Source: Octopus sinensis
Taxonomy: Eukaryota
Length of the DNA stretch: 64,000 nt
Reading direction: 5' to 3'
Assembly (NCBI RefSeq): GCF_006345805.1
Contig: NC_043008.1
Span: forward strand, 19,530,001-19,594,000
The notes under the pieces are model-generated. The model ran no database searches. It was given only the letters and a program-made list of their open reading frames with translations, and was not told the DNA's origin. Below are positions 1-11,873 of the stretch, piece after piece. Made by a program: the position numbers and the translations under genes. Position 1 is the first letter of the stretch. Each line of letters starts with the position of its first letter.

Positions 1-511
1 GGGAGGGTGAAGGACAGTTTTAATTTCCATCCCTATCAAGTAGTTAATTACCAGGATGGAATTTTGAGCTGATTTATTCTCTTGGTGCAGGTGTCACCGA
101 ACTGAGTTGAAAACCTCTGGCCTTTTGCAATGACGTCTCTTCCTGGATCCCCTCAAAACCTCTAAAAGTGCTCTTTCTTAACCGTCTAAGCAGAGGGCCC
201 CCAATGGATGTAGGTGATGCCTTTGTTGTTGGAAAAGGATATCAATATCAGCTTCCATATGGGTTTCCTTTTCCTGGCCTTTTTGGGTTTGGGCGAGCTA
301 GGATGCTTCCTTTAGGCACTCTATCTCTTGTTACCTGGATCATATCAGTAGACCCAGTCACTAAAGATTCAAGTAGCCTTGGATTGGAAGTAATGATTTC
401 AACCATCTCCCTCCCATCATTTGGATAGTGGGGTCGATGTCATCGACTCGAGAGCTTTCTCACAATTTCAGAACTTGTAGTGATAGTAGACAGGATTATT
501 AAAGATTTTGA

Positions 512-773
512 TGTGTCTCGAGAGAGTTATTTTCTTTTTGTGCCTTATAACGTAACACGCTCACCGGTAAAATTTCCCCTTATTTCTTAATTTTCTTTTC
601 CTAAAATTAAAATTTTAGGAAAATAAAAATAAGAAATAAGTGTAAATTTTACCGGTGAGTGTGTTACACTATAAGGCACAGAAAGAAAATGACTCTCCCC
701 AGACACAACAGAATATGCTTCAACACACGAACTCATATAAAGAATCTTGCAAACCAAATCCAAAAACGAAATA
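512..773. mobile_element. Asymmetric fold-back element, family P1 (probably Penelope-like non-autonomous)
   Basis: Inverted arms of ~97 bp (512-608 and 611-707) plus a 66-nt one-sided extension to 773. Flanked by direct repeat TAAAGATTTTGA at 500-511 and 774-785. Same family as 55208-55786. Confidence 0.75.
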
Positions 774-2904
774 TAAAGATTTTGAATTCAACAGAGAATA
801 TATTATTGTTTGTTCTCAGTGAAACATAGGCATATAACAAAAGCATTTTAAATAATGCAGGAACCATATTGCGTGTACCATGAAACTATATCTATCCATT
901 TTAGGCATTTATACCTATATATAGGTAGAGGATTTAGAAACAAAGAAGGAAATCTTAAATCATTAAAAGCAGATAGAAACGTTCGAGTGGAGGCTTCAGC
1001 TGGAAGACTATATTAGACCGATTTAGTTGTTTCTGAATCATGCTGTATATATAATAATAAATATTTTATATTATGAGTTTACACCGATAGCAATTTTCTT
1101 TTCAATTACAGTGTTATCTATACTTGAATATTTAATAAAAATATTTTATCGAAAGATATGTGTATCTACAAACCTCTGTTGACTTCCCATTGTTAAGGAA
1201 ATTGTGATACATTTGTTTTCAGTGTGCACTCTGCAGGGAGAATTCATATATTGTTCACTTAAATTGTTTTGAGATTTCTCATTTATCACGACATAAGCGA
1301 AGTTACTTGGAACGTGTATTAGATTACGCATGACCGCCAGAGATAACAACTAACGGAATTTCACTGCTACTGCTGCAATCTTAGAGTTAGAAGAAGAAGA
1401 TACAAATCATTATTTACGATAAAGAAATCATTTGAGAACTTTATTTTATTTAACTTGAAATATCAAAAATCACGTAACTGTTAGATGTGAAGCTAAGTAT
1501 ATAGATGTTCCAATATTAAGAAGCTTAATAAGAGAATTAATTAATGTTTTATCATATTTCGGTAAGTGAATCGTCAATCACAGTTTCCATAGCTTTTGTA
1601 AATATTTTGTAATCAAATAATATCTAATAAGGATGTACTTTAAGGAAGTTGTTTAATAACAGATTTAGGATTAATAACCGCAACATTATGTCGATTTTGT
1701 CTTTACCCTTTTTTCAAATGCTTAAGCTTTCGACATCTTCATTTTTCTAACTTTCTAATCGTTTAATAGGGAAGGAAGGGAGTGCGCATAACGCTTTACA
1801 AGTTGCAGTCTAATGACTAATACAAGTAAAAATTAAAAGAACTGGTTTTATTTGAACTCAGATCTTCCGGAGCTCAAACATAAATCATGGCGTATTCTGT
1901 CTGATGCTCTAACGATACTGGCTGTGTAGCTCGCATTTATGTTTCTGAAATAAGCTTTGTACCTTTGTTCCTGTGAAAACCTACTGGAACACACTATTTA
2001 ACGAAAATATTTGTCACTCGAATTTTCTCTCTCTCTTACAGAGGAATATGTCTCCCTGAGAACATAACCTAAATATGGTCTTAAAAATTAATTCATACGA
2101 TGTCGCTTCCCAGATTGTATTTTTTTTCATTCTACTTTTAATCCTTTTATTGATTAACGTTTAACCGAAGTTATCAATCACCAAACATTTCAAACGCGTC
2201 TAATTCTATGAGACTTTTAATTCCAATCATTCTTTCCCTGAACGTTATTCGCTAAATACAAAATGATAGCGTGCAATGCTATTTAATGAAAACCTGTAAC
2301 GCTCTTTCTTTTTATCACTCTACTAAACGGAATATATTATCATCTAGACAAGATTCTTCCTATTTTATATTCATCTCAATATTTTCATCTCACCATTAAT
2401 CACAGCGTTCTTTGTAATTTAAAAGTAACTTTCCTCATTAAACACAACAAAGGTTTTTTAGAGTGTCTCGAATAAATAAATTTACAATAGAAAACTTAAA
2501 GCGATTCAATGATCGTCGACATAAGAGTATGACTGGTACTGAGATGATTATCAACTGTTGTTGGATTTGAAATTAAATTATAAAATAAGATACGCAAAGA
2601 TATTTTATTTGATCAGCGTTAGTTTGTTTTCTCCTGAATCCGTCGCGATAGTAATGGTTTGTAATTTTGATAAAAGGTGAGTTCATGTTTTCAGGAGAAA
2701 GAGTTTAAGCCGATAACGTCGACCCCGGTGAGAGTTAAGTTGTATCCCAGTGGCCTTGAAATTCCGAATTTAAAGAACCAGAAGAAATGCCTCTGCGTAT
2801 TTTTCACGGCTTGCAATAGATTCTGCCACATCGCCACCTTAATTGCTTGAAATTGTAGCAAAAAACCAACAATATTAGGTGACAGACACATTAATTACAT
2901 TGAT

Positions 2905-3018
2905 CTGGAATCAATGAGTTTTAAAGTCGACCTGGGTGGGATTTGAACTTAGAACGTAAAGCGCAGGAAGTAATGCGGTTCATTATTTTTCTGATGCGCT
3001 AACGACTCTACCAGCGCC
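2905..3018 (-). mobile_element. Degenerate SINE, family F
   Basis: Reverse complement of the TTCTAAGTTCAAAT..GGTCGACTTT motif shared with the 33840-35045 copies. Confidence 0.55.
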
Positions 3019-3935
3019 TTTTATTTAGCCCTTGAGGAAAATAGCATCTAATATTATTTATGGAAATCAAAGAGATATTAAATGGAATTTGCAAAATGCA
3101 AAATATAGCGTAGGACAAACGATAGGCATCGTACAACAAAGTGATTTGTATAACCACATCCGATTTTCTGGTCGATTACGTGATCACTTATATTAAAGCA
3201 TAGATGGGAATTAAATTACAGACTTAAGATCTGGGAAAGAAAGAATATGTGTGTGTGTGTGTGTGTGGTTATTATTAAATGACTAGGTAGCGGCATACAT
3301 TCTGCAGATGATGACAGGAAGAGCAGTAGGAAGTGTCACGTAGCTTATTCCGCTAAGCAACGGCTGTTTTAGCAGTGACATAATTAGCCAGAGTAACGAA
3401 ACAGGAGATTCCTGAAATGCAGGTAAAAGATAAAAAGCCGCCCACACAATTTTATTTCAATGCATAAACAGTATAAGAACTTATGATGAAGTTTGATACA
3501 AATATACAAACGTCTTTTGAGCTAATAGAATCATAAAACATCTATCTGGCCATTGTATCTAGAGATGTAATACCACGTCTGTAATAACTGTCGCTGTGAG
3601 AAGATAATAAAATTGCCCTAAGGATTAAATTCTCCCTATCTTTACAAAGTATAAACAAAAAGTGAACAAAAAAGAAAAGATTGACAGAAAGAATAAAGAC
3701 GTCGCAACACGACTTAAAATTCTCTCTATAAGACTTATTCCATCGTATAAGAATATGGTAAGATGTTAAAAATTAACACGAAAAGTAGAACATTTGACAA
3801 TATCTATTGCCAACAAAACTTGGCAAAATCCAGCTACTTCTCGTATAATCGAGTTATAAATGCTTTAGTTTAAATATTTAGTTTTTGTTTAATATTTATT
3901 TTCTTTTATGTGAACAACTGCCAGAGTATTCTTAT

Positions 3936-3977
<42 letters not shown>

Positions 3978-4235
3978 GTTTGACAAGTTAGAACCGTCGG
4001 AAGTCATAGCAGCTCGACTGCTGTTATTGATTGTATCTGGCATCCGTGTATCTACAAGTTAAATGCGTTGTGAAAGTTGGCTTTTCATCTGATAAGCCAA
4101 TAAGCATTCTTTCAACATCGCAGAATGCAGCAAATCCTGGCTATCATTACTTCTTACGAATTATTGAATATTCCCTACCTGTGTGTTCGAACACACGCGA
4201 CGACGAAGAGGACAACATCTGCTTTGACGTCGACC

Positions 4236-4244
4236 ACCACCACC

Positions 4245-4308
<64 letters not shown>

Positions 4309-4345
4309 TACTACTACTACTATTACTGCTACTGGTACTGCTGCT
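4236..4345. repeat. (CAC)n/(TAC)n compound microsatellite
   Basis: Direct reading of the repeat. Confidence 0.95.
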
Positions 4346-4519
4346 GGCAGCATCGTTATCACTGCCGTTGCCAATAAATATGTCTTCTAATTACCGTAAA
4401 ATATGGATCGCTGTTGTCTGAATGTAATACAATTTTTTTTTGGTACACAAGGAATGTAGTCGACCGAATGCAATTGATCCAATGTATTGATTTCTTACTC
4501 CACTTTATGCACTTATATA

Positions 4520-4537
4520 CACAAATATACATACAGT

Positions 4538-4595
<58 letters not shown>

Positions 4596-4618
4596 TTACA
4601 TATATATATATGTTTATA

Positions 4619-4672
<54 letters not shown>

Positions 4673-4850
4673 TATTTACATATAAGTATATGTATGTGCG
4701 TGTGTGTGTCTGTGTGTCAGTGTGTGTATATGTTCGTATATATATGTTTATATGCATATTTACATGTACATATATGTATATATATTGACATGTTGGTATA
4801 CATATATGTGAGTGTCTGTGTGTGTGTGTGTGTGTGTGTATGTTTGTGTG
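4520..4850. repeat. (TA)n/(TG)n compound microsatellite
   Basis: Direct reading. It is the source of the YIYI and VCVC pseudo-ORFs. Confidence 0.95.
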
Positions 4851-5771
4851 TTCTAGATTATGAAGCGAGAAACACCACATGTTTTAGCTTTCACTTGGAA
4901 TTCTTTCATAGCTTTTCTAGTATCATTAACAGAGTAACAAATGAAATATAATTCATTTTGATGCCATATGAAAAGTTTGAGAAATAAACGAGTTAGAAAT
5001 TATCTTGTTATTTGTGAAATTTTCCTCGTATATCAAATGCATCTATGAATTATAATGGCTTTAGCTTACAGTAAAACATAATTGCGAGATACAAAGTCGT
5101 TTGAAAGACCCCCACAGATATTTTTTTTTAGTGTTGTTAATGACTCTCACTTTTAACTTTATAGCAGGAACTTCTTAATGTGAGGAATGATAGCGCTGTC
5201 CACCGCTTTAAATTGATCGGCAAAAGATAGGGCCGTTTTCCATAGTCTGATGGCCATGGTTAAAGTGATTGCATACTGACTGAAACTGAAACGATTTAAA
5301 CAGATACTTTCATCGTCGGCTAGTTCTTCCTCAACAGCCTCACCTTCCATTTGGGGAAGGAACGATAAATTAAAGAACGCGATGTTACCCTGCAGGTAAC
5401 TTGCTGGAAGTTGACCTACCGAAGGGTCAGAATGGAGAGCATGTATCGTTTAAACTGAGACCACAGTTCGGAAAGGGGACACGTGAACCTGATAGTTATT
5501 GTGGCCCACGGTAGGCTGGCTGCTTGATGGACTATTACCCCGTTTCTTTATTTTTGTCCATATACTCCCATTATTTTGTATTTTGTCTACATAAAATACC
5601 ACCACTCATTGTTTTAAAACCGCGGGGATTTACTTCACGCAAAATTACTGATATCCTAACGACCGTACAGTTTGGTCGCTGGAAGGATTACATCGATTAT
5701 ATGAGGGGCATTAAGCTCGCAACTGTCGTAGAAGGCAGCATATTTGCTCTTTATTGTCCTTGCTGTTGTAG

Positions 5772-6075
5772 ATTATGGACGATTACGAAAAGTCCTTCGT
5801 CTGGCAGTACTATGAGAGCCTCTGCTTGCTGTAGGTAAGTTCTCTCACTTCTATGTATTAATTAACGAGAGCATGATTGAGACACCAACACCCAAATATG
5901 TCCGAAGCACAAATGGATGACGAAAACATGCAACATGCATTCGGTTTTTATCAGTTTCAGTATTATTGTGTAGCATAGGTTTATGTCCAAACGTGGTTAT
6001 CATGAGAAGGACACGGATCCTCGGATCCTGCTGTTTGCCGAGTCTATAGTAAATATCGACCAATCAGATACCTTC
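5772..6075 (+). CDS. Candidate pair of spliced coding exons (5772-5830 and 5979-6075), product unknown
   Basis: AG/GT boundaries with matching phase 2. Joined frame reads IMDDYEKSFVWQYYESLCLLFMSKRGYHEKDTDPRILLFAESIVNIDQSDTF. Third codon positions are GC-rich compared with the flanks. No family recognised. Confidence 0.3.
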
Positions 6076-6793
6076 GTAGGAATGTGTGAATGGGTGATTT
6101 TTCTTTGTCTGCCGGTTATGTCTAATGAATTTGTGTAGTGGTCACGGTTGAAAAAATTGAAGAAAGAGCTTTACATCTCAGACTTCCTATTAAGTTAAAG
6201 ATTTTCAGTTAGTTACATAAGATTCCACGGTTGCCAATATTTAAAGATTTTGGAAAAATCAAAGTGTATAAAGTCAGCTATCGATCCAGACATTAGATTC
6301 TTCAGAATCTGAATTTGAATGCTTAGCACAAGTTATGTCAGACAGGCAGCAACAATGTAGGGTGTTGTTAAAAGAACGCTTTTATATGACTAAATGGCAG
6401 TCTTTCCTTCTTTTTCACACATACACACGCACATATATACACACACAGACACATAGACAGACACGCACACACATGTACACACATGCACACAGAAAGAAAA
6501 GCAGATTCGTACAAATATATGATGTCATACATTTCCGAACATCTGCCGTTACAGAAAATAAATACGAATATTTAGCGATTAAGTCATTTCTGATACATCA
6601 CTTTCTAATTACTTCATATATCATTCTGCGCAACACCCACCATGTATTGTATATCTCCAATTCCAAATGTGTCTATGTTAACTCACTTGTATTATCTCAA
6701 TCGGCAAACAGATTTCCGCGTTGACATGACAGTCGTATTTGTAAGATAACAGTTTTATTATTATTGGTTGGAATGTCATATCTATTATCAACA

Positions 6794-6968
6794 GGCCTAG
6801 GAGTGGCTGTGTGGTAAGTAGCTTGCTTACGAACCGCATGGTTCCGGGTGCAGTCCTACTGCGTGGCACCTTGCGCAAGTGCCTTCTACTATAACCTCGG
6901 GCCGACCAAAGCCTTGCGAGTGGATTTGGCACACGGAAACTGAAAGAAGCCCATCGTATTTATGTATG

Positions 6969-7015
<47 letters not shown>

Positions 7016-7097
7016 ATGTATATGTACGTATATGTATATATATATACATACATATATATATATATTATATATATATGTATACATATATGTATATATG

Positions 7098-7128
<31 letters not shown>

Positions 7129-7368
7129 TGTATGTATGTATGTATGTGTATATGTTTGTGTGTCTGTGTTTGTCCCCCACAACATCGCTTGACAACCGAT
7201 GGTGGTGTGTTTACGTCCCCGTAACTTAGCGGTTCGGCAAAAGTGACCGATAGAATGAGTACTAGGCATCCAAAGAACAAGTCCTGGGGTCGATCCGCTC
7301 GACTAAAGGTGGTGCTCCAGCATGGATGGCCACAGTCAAATGATAGAAACAAAAGAGTAAAGAGTAAA
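6794..7368 (+). mobile_element. tRNA-derived SINE family D with internal (TA)n(TG)n tract
   Basis: Head GGAGTGGCTGTGTGGTAAG...GTTCCGGGTGCAGTCC and tail AAAGAGTAAAGAGT. Multiple similar copies in the window. Confidence 0.9.
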
Positions 7369-8355
7369 GTGTCTTGTTTCGATTTTGAGACGTGGTTCTT
7401 CTCCCCGGCTGCAACAGCGGGTAATCGTTCACATTATAACATCTTTCTTCTTATATCACTTCCGATTGCTTTCATTTTCCTTTGTACATTATCATTTTCT
7501 ATACATAGAACACGTGGTTCATCACCTTAAGTGAATGGTTGCTACTGCAATCACGTGCGTTCGAGCGTGTATACCAGCTGATGATTTATTCCATCCGTAC
7601 TCCTAGATGTTTCTTTTATGCTCGCATATAACTTAAAGAAAAAATGTTTTGCAAAAAGTAACATCGAGATAATTTGAAAAGCTAGACGTGTAAAAATGAT
7701 TATCTACTTTTGGTAGAAATGACGCCACTATATACTTAGTTGCTGTACGAAAAGCAGGTAAATAAAAGAATAAAGTTGTATAAAATATTTAATGTAAAGA
7801 AAACCATAAGTTTCATGTTTAAAAAGCAACAAATTCTGTGATGTAAGGAAACTTATAAAAACTAATAAATAACAGAAAGGAACAATTTGGAAAATGATTT
7901 CTGTTGAGTTAGCTTTTTCACTGGATTTAGATTAACACTGGCTGATTTCAAAACTACGGTGGGTTTTCATCTGTCGCGTCGAATTTTCTTTCTACAGCTT
8001 AGTCTCTGACTAAGCAAAATTGTATTGCGCATTCATAAGTAATAGGGTTACTCAGCTGCCTTTATTATTTCATTGATTACACGGGGGATCATCTTCAAAA
8101 AAAATATTTTTGCCTTGATTTTTTTTCAATTAGTCGTACCTAACTTGATGGTACTAGGTTCAGAGATGCTCTCAGAAATTTTCTATCTGGCCATGTTTTT
8201 GGTTAAACGCTATTTAATTTTTTTAACAAAATATCTCAATTTTGTTATCAAATGCAATACTGAAATAAGAAGGTAGCACAAATCAAATAGTACTTATTAC
8301 TGCGTAAAAAAATATTACTCAAAATATTCAACTGCACATCTTAGGACAGCTATTT

Positions 8356-8444
<89 letters not shown>

Positions 8445-8470
8445 TGTGTGTGTGTGTGTGTGTGTGTGTG
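8356..8470. repeat. (TA)n/(TG)n microsatellite
   Basis: Direct reading. Confidence 0.95.
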
Positions 8471-8617
8471 TACAACTTATATATAAGAGCAAACGAAAAA
8501 ACTCGTAACGCCAAATATGCCGAAATTAGACACATTGTCCTTAACCATGTAATTTATCATAATAAGCACGCTACTCGAAGAAGGTCGACAGAAATTTCAC
8601 AAAAATTCCGTTATTAC

Positions 8618-8675
8618 CATATAGGACCGATTTCAGGGTTAGTTCATAAAAACCCTCCCTTCGTCAGTGATAAAT
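8618..8675 (-). ncRNA. Slightly decayed minimal type I hammerhead ribozyme motif
   Basis: Minus strand reads CTGACGA-AGGG..CCCT-GAAA-TCG-GTC. Stem II is intact; stem I is partly mismatched. Confidence 0.5.
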
Positions 8676-9359
8676 GCGGCAAAGAAATAAATGAGATACT
8701 CACTCATACCTATGGAGGAAGCAAACACTAAGTCATGACCAAAATTAAGTACCCTAAATATATCCAAAACAGAAATTCTCCAGCCCATTCGAGACACATG
8801 CGATTCGAACTGAAACTCTCACAGAGTGAGAGAGTCCGGAAGTGAACACTATTAAATTTACATCTAATGTAGGATAAAATTTCTCCAAGGCGTTACCCAT
8901 TACAATGCTTCTTGGCCTAACGGCCCTTAATGTCTGTCTTCGTCGATTGTTTACTCTCTGCGTCCACTCTGTCGTTGTTTGTTTTCGTTTGAAGCTCTAA
9001 CCCTGCTCACATTTTATATTTTTTTAATTTCTGGATGCTGCTATTTTATGAAGGTGTCACATCTTCTCGAAATGGGGAGTAACTAACAGTTGGCAACTGA
9101 GGAGGGGTAAGACCTCGTTTGGTATGTTTTCCCCTATTGTCTCTTATTATGTGTTTACGTATTTTTCCCTCGTTTGTGATGTCCTGTTCTTCTTGAGTAT
9201 TTCTTAGTATTTTGTCCTGTAATATGTCCTGTACATGATGTAATATATATATCATAAATTTATAAATGAGGATAATATCGATATTTAAGTATCGATCTTA
9301 TCAAGTGGCCAGCATGGGAATAAATATCATACAAGGGTAATAATTATCTAAAACTATAA

Positions 9360-9598
9360 ATTAGGGTATCTGAGAGATACCACCACGCTGAAATAGCAGT
9401 CAAAACCCTGACCCCAAAGCCACATTAAATGTTTATATAGCGCTAGGAGAGTAGACATAGGCAAAATAAACTATCAAAAAAAGATTTTTCTAGATAATTC
9501 TGTTTACTCTTCTAGCGCTATATGAACATTTAATGTGGATTTAGGGTCAAGGTTTTGACTTCTATTTCAGCGTGGTGGTATCTCTCAGATACCCTAAT
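9360..9598. mobile_element. Fold-back element with ~99-bp inverted arms and ~42-nt spacer
   Basis: ATTAGGGTATCTGAGAGATACCACCACGCTGAAATAG...CTATTTCAGCGTGGTGGTATCTCTCAGATACCCTAAT. About 7 mismatches between arms. Confidence 0.85.
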
Positions 9599-10077
9599 AT
9601 ATATATATATATATATATACGTGTGTGTGTGTGTGTGTTTGTATAAAACAGGCGGTCAGAAAACCCCCAAATCCTGTCTGCTACATTTGCACAGTTTTGG
9701 GTTAGTAGGAAACGATCGTATAACCATAAATATAATAGCGATTCTATTGATTTTCAACTGTAAATGGCAACGCTATTTGGAGCCATCTAAGTTATAGATG
9801 AAGTAAATGTTTGATGTAAGAATCAATACAAATAGCTGTCTATTTAGTAATCACTCAAGAATTTACAAATGATGTTTTAACGCTGAAACGTAGTAGAAAG
9901 TGACAGCCAAATACCTTTGAAAGTATGTAGTATGTTATCGTTTGAATCCGTGGTTTCATACGTTTTTTTTTTTATTTCTATCCGTGAATGTTATTACGCT
10001 GATATTGTGATCAGACATCGTTTTCTGAAATGAAAAGTAAATTAGTAATCATCTTGTAAGAAACCAATGAAAGCAAT

Positions 10078-10229
10078 GAAAATGTAACAACAACAAGAAC
10101 AACAAGAACAACAAGAAGAAGAACAACCACAAAAACAACAATAATCAAGTATCATGTTTCATAACATTGATGACGCGATAATAATTAATAATAATACTAC
10201 TACTACTTATAATAACATTAATAATAATG

Positions 10230-10272
<43 letters not shown>

Positions 10273-10290
10273 TAATAATAATAATATTAG
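10078..10290. repeat. (CAA)n/(AAT)n microsatellite cluster
   Basis: Direct reading. Confidence 0.9.
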
Positions 10291-10467
10291 TGATAATAAT
10301 AATAGTACTAGACAATGATAATAAAAATAATTAAAATAGTAGCACAAATATACGAATGCAAAACCGATAAAAGGACATGAAACACTACAAATATGTCAAA
10401 TGAGATGCATCTTAAGCAGAAATCTTTTTCCCATTATATATGACAACCTCATAAAATAACAATTTTA

Positions 10468-10510
<43 letters not shown>

Positions 10511-10535
10511 GTGTGTGTGTGTATTTATATACATA

Positions 10536-10590
<55 letters not shown>

Positions 10591-11426
10591 TATATATATA
10601 CACAAGCATACACACATATCATTTAGTCAAGACGGAAATATATACGAAATATATTGCTTTTAGTAGATGTGTTTGCTTTTCTTTTTTTTTTTTTTACTTT
10701 GTGGCATCCACAGTTCTTTTGAATGTTGTTTACTGTCAAGGGGTAATGGTTTTTCAATGAGATAACTTTGGGGGATTTATTTTGAAGCGTATGTTACTTA
10801 TGAAATAATGTAAATGTCAATTTAAATGCTGTTATATTCTTCAACTGAGCGTAAGTTCTCCATACCAGAGATAGCGTTGCTAAAAGCAACTGGCGTTATG
10901 ACATTTCAAATAACAGAACCGATGCTGTTCTTTTTTATGATTTAACGCTTAATAATAATAGAAGATATTAAAAAAAGAACGGTTTGAATTGCCTGTAAAT
11001 GATTGCGTCCTGTCAAAGCACATTGAATGGATTCCGTATATATGTTTCTAAAGAACATGAAACGTGATGATGCAATGTTCGTGCCTTTGTTACAGAATTA
11101 AGTATGTAAGTGATATGGGATAATTTTAGATGACTGTCTCAATAGCATGCTTACTGTTATATAGGTCTTATTGTTTCAAACCGAGATTAAATATTAGATT
11201 GGCCTGATGTGACATGTTACGCATACTTATACACACATATTACATATGCTATAGATTTAAAGTTAAACAAGTGTTTCAGAAGAGCAATTAAATTAGCGAA
11301 AGCTAACTTATTTTGCTAAGCCTTTACATCTTTATAATTAGCCAATCCTCTGTTGACTGCAACACATCCTGAATATTCTTTGCAGTTCCGGTTTCGTTGG
11401 ATTTTGATAAAAATATTCTCATCTAC

Positions 11427-11838
11427 CTTTTATCTTTTATTTGTTTTAGTCATTATAGTGTGGCCAAGCTGGAGCACCGCCTTCAATTTTTAGTCGATTG
11501 AATCGACACCAGTACTTATTTTTAAAGTCTGGTACTTATTCCATCGGTTCCTTTGCCGAGCCGCTAAGTTACGGGGATACAAATACACCGATGCTAGTTG
11601 TCAGGCGGTGGTGGTGGCGGGAACAGACACATAAAGTCACACGCTTACATAGGTACGTACATAAGTACATACATACATACGCACATACGTACATACATTT
11701 TTCGTCTACCAAAGTCACGCAAATGTCATTTTGGTCGACACGAAGCAATTGAGGTAATTGTAGGAAACACAAAATGGGACTGAACCCGGAACCAAGTGGT
11801 AGGAAAGCAAGCCTCTTACCACACAGCCATTCTTGCAC
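11427..11838 (-). mobile_element. SINE family D, diverged copy
   Basis: Reverse complement similarity to 6794-7368 (CCGCTAAGTTACGGGGA; CTTACCACACAGCCA). Confidence 0.8.
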
Positions 11839-11841
11839 CCA

Positions 11842-11873
<32 letters not shown>

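Noticed and set aside
60-430. ORF 168-428 and a minus-strand open stretch
   Set aside because: No recognisable motif, in-frame stops on the minus strand and no consistent splice sites.
1222-1332. Putative exon encoding ...SRHKRSYLERVLDYA* with a furin-like site
   Set aside because: Single short frame with no linked signal-peptide exon; likely chance.
6275-6305. Minus-strand CTGAAGA..GGATCGATAGCTG, and similar CTGAAGAGATCC..GGATAGAGC at 32096-32125
   Set aside because: Multiple core substitutions. Probably dead HHR relics, not callable.
9097-9120. CTGAGGA-GGGG..CCTC motif
   Set aside because: Followed by GTTT rather than GAAA.
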